This document shows positions 53,578 through 62,825 of a stretch of DNA of 64,000 bases, in pieces. The notes under the pieces are model-generated. The model did not search any database. It saw nothing but the letters and a program-made list of their open reading frames with translations, and was not told the origin of the DNA. Position 1 is the stretch's first letter, and each line of letters begins with the position of its first letter. Made by a program: the position numbers and the translations under genes. Source of the stretch: Gammaproteobacteria bacterium (lineage in GTDB: Bacteria; Pseudomonadota; Gammaproteobacteria; Ga0077554; Ga007554); assembly GCA_021731145.1 (NCBI GenBank), contig JAKFXX010000007.1:72108-136107 (forward strand), read 5' to 3'.

Positions 53578-55785
53578 ATGGATATCCCAACCGCAACCAG
53601 CACCCCGGCTTTCTGTGAAGGCATTCAATATTTCGCGGAAGCCCTGCCCGGTTCCGATGAATATGCCACACAGCCAGCCATCGCCGCAGGACAGAACGCC
53701 GTGGCTGATCCCAGTGATTCGCGCGCGGTATTCCAAACCCTGCTGGGGGCGGATGCGTTGCGCTACCTCACCCTGCAAATGACGGGCGCCAAGGCCTCCG
53801 GCCATCCGGGCGGGTTTGCCAGCAGCGCCGAGGCCTACGCCTCGCTGGTGATGCTGGGACACACCAACATCGTCACCGAAGTGGGACACCATGCCCCCGG
53901 TTTTTACAGCGCCATGTTCATGGATTCCTCGCTGGAGGAGATGGGCATCAACACGGTGCAAGACCTGCGTGCGCGCTTCCGTGAGAAGCACGGTTTGCTG
54001 GGCCACCTCTCTGGCGCCATCCCCGGCATTCTCGCTCCTGCGGGGCCGCTGGGGCAGGGCCAGCATTTCGCCATGGCGGGTGCGATGCTGCACCCCGGCA
54101 CGTTGTTCCCCTTCACGCTCGGTGATGGCGGCATGGGCGAGCCGTATATCCTGAATGCCATGATGCACTTCCATGTTGCTTTTCCCACCATCACCAACTT
54201 CCTGCCGGTGCTGATCTGGAATGGCTATAGCCAGGAACATCACGCAATGGTCTCTTTGTTCACCGACGAGGAGATGATTGCTTACTGGAAGGGACACGGC
54301 TTTGAATCCGTATATCTGGTGGACGCCAAGAATTTTGATGACGCGGGCCAGAGTGGTGCGTTTGTGGACAGCACCCGTTTCTCGATGGGTAATCGTCTGG
54401 CCTTCACGCGCGCCATGCTGGAAACCATGAACGAGGCGGCGCAGTCCGCGCTGGGCGGCAAGCTCACAGCCTTTATAGTCAAGCAGCTCAAGGGTTCGGG
54501 TGTGCATGCGCTGGGTGCGAAATCACACAATCTTTATCCCCAGCACACTCTTGAAAACGTCGATGTTGTGGAAGGCCTCAAGCGCCGCGCGCTCGCCCCG
54601 CAGGCGTGGCAGATTGTGCGTGACAACTTCAGCCGCGCCGGTGGTGGCCCTGCCGCGCGCACCGTAGTGACAGAATCGGTGTTGGCGCTGACGCCTATTA
54701 CCAATCTGCCTGTGCAGGAGTTTGCGCTGGGTGAGAACAAGCCGCCGACCACGGCGATGGGTGCGATGGTGGGTGCGGTGGGCAAGCAGGACGCGCGCTT
54801 TCTGGTGACCAACGCCGATGGCAACGAGGCCTCCGGCATCGGCAACATCAATGAGGCGCTGAAGATTCGTCACCCCACGGAAGATGCGCTGTATCACCAG
54901 ACGCCTAACGGTCAGGTATACGAGCCGCTCAATGAAGACGCCTGTGCAGGTCTGGCGGTGGGGTTGGCGCTGTTCGGCAGCCGCAGCCTGTGGTGCTCGT
55001 ATGAGAGTTTTGCCATCAACGGCCTGCCGATTCTTCAGACCGTGACCCAGGCCATGGCCGAACTGCGCCGCAAGACGCCCAGCGTTGTCACGCTGTTCAC
55101 CGCCGGCGCGCTGGAGCAGGGCCGTAACGGCTGGACGCATCAGCGTCCGGAGATCGAGGCCTATTTCGCCGCCATGATGCGCAACGGCAACCTGTTCCCG
55201 GTGTTTCCGGTGGACGCCAACATGATCCAGGCCGCCTACGCCTGGGCGCTGGACAGCTATAACAAGGGCATCATCATCACTGCGTCGAAGAGTCCGTTGC
55301 CGATCCGCACCACGCTGGAACAAAGTCGCCGTGCATTGGCGGACGGTGCCATTACTCTGTTTGATCACCCTGGCGCGAAGACCGTGGTGTTCGCGGTGGT
55401 GGGCGACATGATCCTGCTGCCTGTGTTCGAGGCGGCGGAAAAATTGAAGGCTGCGGGCTTTGGCGTGAAGATCGTCGCCGTGGTCAACCCGCGCCGCCTC
55501 TATCGCCCCACCGATGTGGCCTGGGACACCTGCTCGGAGCCGGACAATCTGTTCCTTGACGACGATCATTTCAACGCACTGTTCGATGGCGATGTGCTGT
55601 TGGGCGTGAGCGGCGGACCCAGTGGCACGCTGGAGCCTGTCATGCTGCGCACCCGTGCGCCGAAGCGCGATGTGTTCGCCTGGAAGCGCGGCGAGACTAC
55701 TGCCTCGCCCGCCGAGATTATGAGCTTTAACGGTCTGTCGGGCGATAATCTGGCGCAACGGGCGCGGGAGTTGGCAGGGGTTTGA
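53578..55785 (+). CDS. Divergent thiamine-diphosphate enzyme of the transketolase superfamily (735 aa)
   Basis: ASGHPGGFASSAE, GPLGQGQHFAMAGA and GDGGMGEP align by eye with transketolase SGHPG / GPLGQG / GDG(x)MxEG motifs. It does not show the phosphoketolase or canonical TktA sequence elsewhere. Confidence 0.6.
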   Translation: MDIPTATSTPAFCEGIQYFAEALPGSDEYATQPAIAAGQNAVADPSDSRAVFQTLLGADALRYLTLQMTGAKASGHPGGFASSAEAYASLVMLGHTNIVTEVGHHAPGFYSAMFMDSSLEEMGINTVQDLRARFREKHGLLGHLSGAIPGILAPAGPLGQGQHFAMAGAMLHPGTLFPFTLGDGGMGEPYILNAMMHFHVAFPTITNFLPVLIWNGYSQEHHAMVSLFTDEEMIAYWKGHGFESVYLVDAKNFDDAGQSGAFVDSTRFSMGNRLAFTRAMLETMNEAAQSALGGKLTAFIVKQLKGSGVHALGAKSHNLYPQHTLENVDVVEGLKRRALAPQAWQIVRDNFSRAGGGPAARTVVTESVLALTPITNLPVQEFALGENKPPTTAMGAMVGAVGKQDARFLVTNADGNEASGIGNINEALKIRHPTEDALYHQTPNGQVYEPLNEDACAGLAVGLALFGSRSLWCSYESFAINGLPILQTVTQAMAELRRKTPSVVTLFTAGALEQGRNGWTHQRPEIEAYFAAMMRNGNLFPVFPVDANMIQAAYAWALDSYNKGIIITASKSPLPIRTTLEQSRRALADGAITLFDHPGAKTVVFAVVGDMILLPVFEAAEKLKAAGFGVKIVAVVNPRRLYRPTDVAWDTCSEPDNLFLDDDHFNALFDGDVLLGVSGGPSGTLEPVMLRTRAPKRDVFAWKRGETTASPAEIMSFNGLSGDNLAQRARELAGV

Positions 55786-55832
55786 TGTAGGGTATAAAGT
55801 ATCAGGCGCAGGCTCCGTGCGCTGCGCCTGAT
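55786..55832. repeat. REP-like hairpin after the transketolase-like gene
   Basis: tgtagggt head, then stem atcaggcgcag (55801-55811) pairing with ctgcgcctgat (55822-55832). No T-run follows. Confidence 0.5.
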
Positions 55833-55867
55833 ATATCACTCCATCAACGTCTACGAAAGGAAATCAA

Positions 55868-56167
55868 ATGAAAAAATTATTTTCCGCACTCGTGTTCTCT
55901 GCGCTGGCCGTCCTCAGCGTTAATGTTTCTTTTGCCGCTGATGCGGCCAAGCCCGCTTCCGTCCAGGCAACCACCACGGAAAAGCTCGACATCAACACGG
56001 CCACCGAACAGCAGTTGACTACCTTGTCCGGCGTAGGTGAAGCCAGGGCCAAGGACATTATTAAGGGGCGCCCTTACAAGGCCAAGGATGATCTGGTGAA
56101 AAACAAAATCATTCCCCAATCAGTCTATGACAAGATCAAAGAAAAAATTATCGCCAAGCAGAAATGA
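55868..56167 (+). CDS. ComEA-like periplasmic helix-hairpin-helix DNA-binding protein
   Basis: Signal peptide. LDINTATEQQLTTLSGVGEARAKDIIKGRPYKAKDDL. Confidence 0.85.
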   Translation: MKKLFSALVFSALAVLSVNVSFAADAAKPASVQATTTEKLDINTATEQQLTTLSGVGEARAKDIIKGRPYKAKDDLVKNKIIPQSVYDKIKEKIIAKQK

Positions 56168-56190
56168 TTCGGCAATAAAGCAGCCAAATG

Positions 56191-56246
56191 TGGTGGTTTC
56201 GCGCTTTTTGCGCAACCCACCAAGCGTTGCGTAGCAACACAATAGC
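56191..56246. repeat. REP element, same family as 50778-50877
   Basis: tggtggtttcgcgctttttgcgcaacccaccaagcgttgcgtagcaacacaat. Confidence 0.6.
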
Positions 56247-56268
56247 TTGAGTTTCCAAAGGCCGCGCA

Positions 56269-57576
56269 ATGACCACAACCAAAATCATCGTCCTTGACGA
56301 CGACCCCACCGGTTCACAGACAGTTCACGGTTGCCTGTTGCTTACGCGTTGGGATGTCGATGCCCTCAAAGAGGCGCTGGCCGATGCCGCGCCGCTGTTC
56401 TTCGTGCTTACCAACACGCGAGGCATGAGTGCCGAGCGTGCTGCGCAAGTGACGCGTGATGTGTGCCGCAATCTGAAAATAGCGTTGGATGGAACGGGTA
56501 TCAACCCGGTGCTGGTGAGCCGCTCCGATTCAACGCTGCGCGGACACTACCCGGTCGAAACCGATGTGATCGCCGCAGAACTCGGGCCATTCGACGCGCA
56601 TTTTCTTGTGCCTGCTTTCTTTGAGGGCGGGCGCGTTACCCGCGACAGCATTCATTACCTCAAAGTGAATGGCGTGGATGTCCCCGTGCATGAAACCGAG
56701 TTTGCACGCGACTCGGTGTTCGGCTACCGCCACAGCTACCTGCCCGATTATGTGGAAGAGAAGACGGGCGGCCGTATTTTCGCAGGCGAAGTTGAGCGTT
56801 TTCTGCTGGCGGATATCCGTCATGGCGTACTTGACAGGTTGCTGGCCCTGGAAGGCAATCGTTGTGGCGTGGTGGATGCCGAGAATTACGACGACCTGGC
56901 GCGCTTCACGGCGGATGTGCGCGTGGCGGCAGGTCAGGGCAAGCGATTCCTGTTCCGTAGCGCGGCGAGTCTGGTGAAGGCGCTGGCTGATTTGCCGCCC
57001 CAGCCTGTGGCTGCCGAGGCGATGAGCCGTTTCACGCGCAACCATCGTCCTGGTGCCGTGATTGTTGGCTCACACGTAGACAAGAGCAGCCGCCAGTTGG
57101 CACGGCTGTTGGAAGAGACCGGCGTGAGAGGTGTTGAGGTCGATGTGCGCCGCATTCCCCATGAGAGCGCGGCAGTACTGCAAGATGCGCTGCGTGAGGC
57201 CGAGGCCGCCTTCGTTACCGGTAAGACAGCGGTGATTTACACCCGTCGCGGCGAGGTGCAATTCCCCGGTCAGGCCGCGCGCCTGGCCTTCGGCGAGGCC
57301 GTATCAGCGCTGTTAATGGACGTGATACGCAACCTGCCACAAGATCTGGGTTTCCTGATCGGCAAGGGCGGCATCACCTCCAACGACATGCTGAGCACCG
57401 GCCTCGCATTACGCGCTGCTCGCGTGCTCGGCCAGGTCGCGCCCGGTGTTTCGGTGGTGCGCTGCCCTGCCGATCATCCACGTTTTCCGGATATGCCGGT
57501 GGTGATTTTTCCGGGGAATGTGGGGGATGACGATACGCTGGCGCTGGTGTGTCGGCGGTTTATGTTGCCCGGCTAA
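56269..57576 (+). CDS. Four-carbon acid sugar kinase family protein (DUF1537)
   Basis: N-terminal IIVLDDDPTGSQTVHG (DD-x-TG motif). About 430 aa. C-terminal nucleotide-binding-like LIGKGGITSND. Confidence 0.65.
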   Translation: MTTTKIIVLDDDPTGSQTVHGCLLLTRWDVDALKEALADAAPLFFVLTNTRGMSAERAAQVTRDVCRNLKIALDGTGINPVLVSRSDSTLRGHYPVETDVIAAELGPFDAHFLVPAFFEGGRVTRDSIHYLKVNGVDVPVHETEFARDSVFGYRHSYLPDYVEEKTGGRIFAGEVERFLLADIRHGVLDRLLALEGNRCGVVDAENYDDLARFTADVRVAAGQGKRFLFRSAASLVKALADLPPQPVAAEAMSRFTRNHRPGAVIVGSHVDKSSRQLARLLEETGVRGVEVDVRRIPHESAAVLQDALREAEAAFVTGKTAVIYTRRGEVQFPGQAARLAFGEAVSALLMDVIRNLPQDLGFLIGKGGITSNDMLSTGLALRAARVLGQVAPGVSVVRCPADHPRFPDMPVVIFPGNVGDDDTLALVCRRFMLPG

Positions 57577-59045
57577 TGAAAACATTGGCGTCAGATACTC
57601 AGGCATTAATCACTGCCTTGCACCGCATCCTGCCTTCCAGTGCCGTTTTGTCCGACGCGGAAGATCTGCGCCCTTACGAATGTGACGGTCTATCCGCTTA
57701 CCGTGAACTGCCGCTGGCGGTGTGCCTGCCGGAGACGGTGGAGCAGGTGCGCGCGGTGTTGCGTGTATGCCATGACATGAACGTGCCTGTGGTGGCGCGC
57801 GGTGCGGGCACGGGTTTGTCGGGCGGGGCGCTGCCGCTGGCCAATGGCGTGGTGTTGAGCCTGGCTAAATTCATGCGCATTCTTGAAGTTGACCCTGCAA
57901 ACCGCATTGCCCGCGTACAGCCGGGAGTGAGGAATCTCGCCATCTCGCAAGCCGCCGCGCCCTATGGATTGTATTACGCACCCGACCCTTCCTCGCAAAT
58001 CGCCTGCACCATTGGTGGCAATGTGGCGGAAAATTCCGGCGGGGTGCATTGCCTGAAATACGGCCTCACAGTGCATAACGTGCTGGGGTTGAAGGTGCTG
58101 ACCATGGACGGCGAGTTGCTGGAAATCGGCGGTGCCGCACTGGATGCCCCAGGCTACGATCTGCTTGCGCTGATGACCGGTTCAGAAGGGCTGTTGGGGG
58201 TGATCGTGGAAGTCACCGTGAAGTTGTTGCCCAAGCCCGAGCGTGCCCAGGTGGTGCTGGCGGCCTTCGACGATGTGGTGAAGGCGGGCGAGGCGGTGGG
58301 CAGCATCATTGGTGCGGGCATCGTCCCTGGCGGCCTGGAGATGATGGACAATCTGGCGATCCGTGCCGCTGAAGACTTCATTCACGCAGGCTATCCGGTG
58401 GACGCCGCCGCGATTCTGTTGTGCGAGGTGGACGGCGCGAACGAAGAAGTGTCCGATCAGATACTCAAGGTGCGCGAGATATTGAAGCAGGCGGGCGCGA
58501 CCGAGGTGCGTACTGCGCGCGGTGAGGCCGAGCGCCTCAAGTTCTGGGCGGGGCGCAAGGCCGCGTTTCCGGCAGTGGGGCGCATCTCGCCTGATTATTA
58601 CTGCATGGATGGCACTATCCCGCGCAAGCGTCTTTCCGAGGTGCTCTCGCGTATCGCCGAACTCTCGAAAGAATACGGCCTGCCGGTTGCCAATGTCTTT
58701 CACGCCGGAGACGGCAATTTGCACCCATTGATCCTGTATGACGCCAACAAGCCCGGCGAGCTGGAGCGCACCGAAGAATTCGGCGGCAAGATCCTCGACC
58801 TGTGCGTTGCAGTGGGCGGCACCATTACCGGCGAGCATGGCGTGGGCATGGAGAAGATCGGCCAGATGTGCCATCAATTCGCGCCCGCCGAGCTAACCCA
58901 GTTTCACGCAGTCAAACATGCGTTTGATCCGCAAGGTTTGCTCAACCCAGGCAAGGCTGTGCCCACCCTGCACCGCTGTGCCGAGTTCGGTGCCATGCAC
59001 GTGCATGGCGGCAAATTGTCTCATCCTGAATTGGAGCGGTTTTGA
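57576..59045 (+). CDS. glcD: Glycolate oxidase FAD-linked subunit GlcD
   Basis: The ATG overlaps the preceding TAA (TAATG). FAD-binding VVARGAGTGLSGGA. C-terminal GTITGEHGVG. Confidence 0.9.
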   Translation: MKTLASDTQALITALHRILPSSAVLSDAEDLRPYECDGLSAYRELPLAVCLPETVEQVRAVLRVCHDMNVPVVARGAGTGLSGGALPLANGVVLSLAKFMRILEVDPANRIARVQPGVRNLAISQAAAPYGLYYAPDPSSQIACTIGGNVAENSGGVHCLKYGLTVHNVLGLKVLTMDGELLEIGGAALDAPGYDLLALMTGSEGLLGVIVEVTVKLLPKPERAQVVLAAFDDVVKAGEAVGSIIGAGIVPGGLEMMDNLAIRAAEDFIHAGYPVDAAAILLCEVDGANEEVSDQILKVREILKQAGATEVRTARGEAERLKFWAGRKAAFPAVGRISPDYYCMDGTIPRKRLSEVLSRIAELSKEYGLPVANVFHAGDGNLHPLILYDANKPGELERTEEFGGKILDLCVAVGGTITGEHGVGMEKIGQMCHQFAPAELTQFHAVKHAFDPQGLLNPGKAVPTLHRCAEFGAMHVHGGKLSHPELERF

Positions 59046-59046
59046 C

Positions 59047-60114
59047 ATGACGCCTGATACCGACATCAGTGCCGCGCTCCAGGCCAATCTGCTGGAGGCC
59101 ATTGCACAAGGCAGCCCCGTGCAGATTGTGAGCGGCGGCAGCAAGACCTTTTATGGCCGCGCGCCACAGGGTGAACCTCTGTCCGTGACAGGGCACCGAG
59201 GCGTGATCAGCTATGAGCCGACCGAGTTGGTCATCACCGCCCGTGCGGGCACCCGGCTCGCCGATGTCGAGGCCTTGCTCGCCGAGCACAACCAGATGCT
59301 GCCTTTCGAGCCGCCCCATTTCACAGGTAACGCTACTTTGGGTGGCGCCATTGCCACCGGCCTGTCCGGCCCACGTCGGCCCTATGCAGGCAGTGCGCGC
59401 GATTTCGTGTTGGGTATCAAGGTGCTGACCGGCAAGGGCGAGATCCTGAGTTTCGGTGGACAAGTGATGAAAAATGTCGCGGGTTTTGATGTGTCGCGCT
59501 TCATGGCGGGTAGCCTGGGCACACTGGGCATTTTGCTGGAGATTTCTCTTAAAGTCCTGCCGCGTCCTGAGTCTGAACAGACCCTGCTATTCGAATGCTC
59601 AGCCCTTGAGGCTATCCAGCGCATGAACGCCTGGGCAGGCCAGCCGCTGCCTCTCTCCGGCGCGGTGTTTGATGGCGGGAGGCTGTATTTGCGCCTTTCA
59701 GGAAGCACGGCGGCGCTGAATGCCGCGCGTGAAAAGCTGGGGGGGGAATTATTTGCCGATGGTCCTGCCTTTTGGCGTGATGCGCGAGATCACACATGCA
59801 CCTTCTTTCAGGGCGATGCCCCGTTGTGGCGAGTATCGGTGCCCGCCGCAACACCGCCGCTCGACCTGCCTGGAGAATGGCTGATAGACTGGGGTGGCGC
59901 TCAGCGCTGGCTCAAGACAAGCTGCGCACCCGCGACGATCCGTGAGCTCACCGCCAAGGCAGGCGGCCATGCCACGCTGTTTCGTGGTGGCGACCGCCAG
60001 GGGGCAGTGTTTCACCCCTTGCCCCCGGCTTTAATGGCCCTGCACCGGCGGCTCAAGGCGGCGTTCGATCCTCACGGGATTCTCAACTTGGGTAGGATGT
60101 ATTCGGATTTGTGA
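59047..60114 (+). CDS. glcE: Glycolate oxidase FAD-binding subunit GlcE
   Basis: ATG lies 1 bp after the glcD stop. VSGGSKTFYG, GNATLGGAIATGLSGPRRP, VKNVAGFDVSR. Confidence 0.88.
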   Translation: MTPDTDISAALQANLLEAIAQGSPVQIVSGGSKTFYGRAPQGEPLSVTGHRGVISYEPTELVITARAGTRLADVEALLAEHNQMLPFEPPHFTGNATLGGAIATGLSGPRRPYAGSARDFVLGIKVLTGKGEILSFGGQVMKNVAGFDVSRFMAGSLGTLGILLEISLKVLPRPESEQTLLFECSALEAIQRMNAWAGQPLPLSGAVFDGGRLYLRLSGSTAALNAAREKLGGELFADGPAFWRDARDHTCTFFQGDAPLWRVSVPAATPPLDLPGEWLIDWGGAQRWLKTSCAPATIRELTAKAGGHATLFRGGDRQGAVFHPLPPALMALHRRLKAAFDPHGILNLGRMYSDL

Positions 60115-60147
60115 TCCAGTCATCAACGGTAAGCAAGGAGGTTGTGT

Positions 60148-60801
60148 ATGAGTGAACTGACTCTTGTTATCGGCAACAAAAACTATTCGTCCTGGTCACT
60201 GCGTCCCTGGTTGCTGTTGAGTCACGCCGGCATTCCTTTTAAGGAAATAAGAATCCCTTTGTATGTCGGGGACTGGCAGGCGGAAATGCTCAAATATTCG
60301 CCATCGGGCAAGGTGCCCGCCTTGCGGGATGGTGGCCTGACAGTATGGGATTCGCTGGCGATCTGTGAATACATTGCAGAGCAGCTTCCCGAACACCTGC
60401 TTTGGCCAAAGGACAAGGAAGCGCGCGCGGTGGCACGTTCGGTGAGTGCGGAGATGCACTCCGGCTTTGCCAACCTGCGCCAGAATATGACCATGAATTG
60501 CCGGAAACACTATCCTGGAAAGGGCCGTGCGCCCGGCGTGCAGGAGGACATCGACCGCATTACGGCCATTTGGAATGACTGCCGCGCCCGTTTCGGCACT
60601 GGCGGGGATTTTCTGTTCGGTCAATTCAGTATCGCCGACGCCATGTTCGCGCCGGTGACCACGCGCTTTATTACCTACGACGTGCCGCTCGATCCGGTAA
60701 GCGCCGCGTATGTCAAAGCGGTGCAGGCCTTGCCCGCCATGCAGGAGTGGTATGCCGCAGCACGCGATGAAACTGAAGTGATTGAGCAATACGAGCACTA
60801 A
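60148..60801 (+). CDS. Glutathione S-transferase family protein
   Basis: LVIGNKNYSSWSLRPWLLL...GKVPAL...VWDSLAICEYI (GST N-domain) plus a helical C-domain. Confidence 0.85.
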   Translation: MSELTLVIGNKNYSSWSLRPWLLLSHAGIPFKEIRIPLYVGDWQAEMLKYSPSGKVPALRDGGLTVWDSLAICEYIAEQLPEHLLWPKDKEARAVARSVSAEMHSGFANLRQNMTMNCRKHYPGKGRAPGVQEDIDRITAIWNDCRARFGTGGDFLFGQFSIADAMFAPVTTRFITYDVPLDPVSAAYVKAVQALPAMQEWYAAARDETEVIEQYEH

Positions 60802-60836
60802 ATTAGTAGATCGCAAGCAGGCAAATAAAATACCCC

Positions 60837-60893
60837 GTAGGGTGCGCCGTGCGCACCAATCTGCAAATACTGGTGCGCACGGCGCACCCTACA
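60837..60893. repeat. REP-type hairpin of the tgtagggtgcg family
   Basis: gtagggtgcgccgtgcgcacca ... tggtgcgcacggcgcaccctac. Related to 4210-4262. Confidence 0.8.
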
Positions 60894-60948
60894 TCTGACC
60901 CTCGCCCCTCTTGAGCAAAGAGGGGCATACGATTTTTGTGAACCATTC

Positions 60949-62172
60949 ATGCAAACCCAGCTTAGCGATTCCATCAAAAATACCCCACAAGGCCAGGAGG
61001 CCGACAGCATTCTGCGCGCCTGCGTGCATTGCGGTTTCTGCACGGCCACTTGTCCCACGTACCAATTGCTGGGCGATGAGCTGGATGGCCCGCGCGGCCG
61101 CATCTATCTCATCAAGGGGATGCTGGAAGGCGAGACGGTCAGCCGCAAGACCCAGCTCCATCTTGACCGCTGCCTGACCTGCCGCGCCTGCGAGACCACA
61201 TGTCCCTCGGGTGTGCAGTATGGCCGGTTGGTGGATATAGGGCGGGCCGTGGCAGAAGAGCGCGTGGCTCGCCCATGGCGGGAGCGCGTCACGCGCCGTT
61301 TGCTGCGTGCGGTGATTCCTTATTCCAGCCGTTTCGCTCCGCTTTTGAGGTTGGGTCAGGTGGTGCGGCCGTTGTTGCCGACAGCTATGCGCGCTTCCAT
61401 ACCGTCGCGTCAGCCCTCTACCCTCTGGCCCGCGCCTCGCCACACCCGGAAAATGATGGTGCTGGATGGCTGTGCGCAACCTGCCATCGCTCCCAACATC
61501 AACGCCGCCGCAGCGCGCGTGCTGGATCGTCTGGGCATCTCACTGCTACGCGCCGATAGGGCAGTCTGCTGTGGAGCGGTGAGTCATCATCTCAATGCTC
61601 ACGAAGAAGGCATGGATTTCATGCGCCGCAACATCGACGCCTGGTGGCCGCATGTCGAAGCGGGCGCGGAGGCCATAGTCATGACTGCCAGCGGCTGTGG
61701 CGCCCTGGTAAAGGAATACGGCCACATCCTGCGCCATGATCCGGCCTATGCCGAAAAAGCCGCGCGTGTTTCTACGCTTACCCGGGATATTTCCGAGATA
61801 CTGCTGGCTGAAAAGGACAGCCTGGCAAAACACTTCAGCAACTCTAAGAGCCAGAGGCTCGCTTTTCATTCGCCCTGCACCTTGCAGCATGGCCAAAAAC
61901 TGCCCGGCGTTGTGGAGGATATCCTGCAAACCTGTGGCTACCAGCTCACCCCCGTGCCTGACGCGCATCTGTGCTGCGGTTCGGCGGGCACCTATTCCAT
62001 CTTGCAAAAAGAGCTTTCCCAGCAACTGCTGCAAAATAAACTCACCGCGTTGCAGTCCGGCGCGCCCGCAGTCATCACCACTGCCAACATCGGTTGCCTG
62101 ACCCATTTGCAAAGCCGGTCGGATGTGCCGGTCAGGCATTGGGTTGAGTTATTGGACACTGGCGCAGAATAA
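60949..62172 (+). CDS. glcF: Glycolate oxidase iron-sulfur subunit GlcF
   Basis: Two ferredoxin clusters, CVHCGFCTATCP and CLTCRACETTCP, plus two CCG-type Cys-rich domains. Confidence 0.92.
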   Translation: MQTQLSDSIKNTPQGQEADSILRACVHCGFCTATCPTYQLLGDELDGPRGRIYLIKGMLEGETVSRKTQLHLDRCLTCRACETTCPSGVQYGRLVDIGRAVAEERVARPWRERVTRRLLRAVIPYSSRFAPLLRLGQVVRPLLPTAMRASIPSRQPSTLWPAPRHTRKMMVLDGCAQPAIAPNINAAAARVLDRLGISLLRADRAVCCGAVSHHLNAHEEGMDFMRRNIDAWWPHVEAGAEAIVMTASGCGALVKEYGHILRHDPAYAEKAARVSTLTRDISEILLAEKDSLAKHFSNSKSQRLAFHSPCTLQHGQKLPGVVEDILQTCGYQLTPVPDAHLCCGSAGTYSILQKELSQQLLQNKLTALQSGAPAVITTANIGCLTHLQSRSDVPVRHWVELLDTGAE

Positions 62173-62195
62173 CGATATTTCTTTTTGAGGCGTTT

Positions 62196-62238
62196 CCCAT
62201 TCAGCTTCGGTTCAGCTTGACCGAGGTAATCTGTACCC
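62196..62238 (+). promoter_or_regulatory. Shared promoter motif copy A (TTCAGC-N5-TTCAGC + TAATCT)
   Basis: cccATTCAGCttcgGTTCAGCttgaccgaggTAATCTgta. TTCAGC at 62200 and 62211. Lies about 120-160 bp upstream of the cytochrome c ATG. Confidence 0.5.
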
Positions 62239-62357
62239 AAGCTGGAAGAAAATCCAGCCAAGCTGAAGGAGCAATGAGCGTAGGCCAGCTCTCTATACGG
62301 TCGGTGAATACGTTGGGTCACCGGTATGTTACTCGGTAATTTGATTAGGAGAAGATA

Positions 62358-62690
62358 ATGAAAGTTCAAGCGCTTGTTCTGGGTGCCGCTCTGTCGGTTG
62401 CTGCGTTGCCGTCTTTTGCTGCTGAAGGCCTGGATCTGGCCAAGGCCAGTGGTTGCCTGGCGTGCCACAGCGTAGAGAAGAAAGTTGTTGGTCCTGCCTG
62501 GCAGGATGTTGCCAACAAGTACAAAGGTGATGCAGGCGCCAAGGCTGCCCTGATCGCCAAGGTTAAGGCTGGCGGCAAGGGCAACTGGACTGCCGTAACT
62601 GGCGGTGTACCAATGCCTCCCTACTCCCCTCGCGTTGCCGATGCGGATATCGAGAAGCTGGTAACCTTCGTGTTGGGTCTGGCCAAGTAA
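62358..62690 (+). CDS. Class I c-type cytochrome (c-551/c-552 family)
   Basis: Signal peptide. Heme site CLACH. GPAWQDVANKY...GNWTAVTGGVPMPP with Met as the sixth ligand. Confidence 0.93.
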   Translation: MKVQALVLGAALSVAALPSFAAEGLDLAKASGCLACHSVEKKVVGPAWQDVANKYKGDAGAKAALIAKVKAGGKGNWTAVTGGVPMPPYSPRVADADIEKLVTFVLGLAK

Positions 62691-62706
62691 TAGCCGGATA
62701 ACACCG

Positions 62707-62756
62707 CCTCCCTCGCGTAGCGCCTTTTCGGGCGCTGCGCGAGGGAGGTTTTTTTA
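62707..62756 (+). terminator. Rho-independent terminator
   Basis: Long GC stem cctccctcgcgtagcgcc / ggcgctgcgcgagggagg followed by ttttttta. Confidence 0.85.
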
Positions 62757-62825
62757 TGGCTGATGAAAAGGCCGACTGTTTATTATTTTCAATATCTTAC
62801 GATCAATTCACGGCTCCTTTTTGGC

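Noticed and set aside
54523-55839. 438-aa minus-strand ORF, plus the 341-aa ORF at 53482-54507, opposite the transketolase-like gene
   Set aside because: They have Arg/His/Gly-rich shadow-frame composition, while the plus-strand frame carries ThDP-enzyme motifs.
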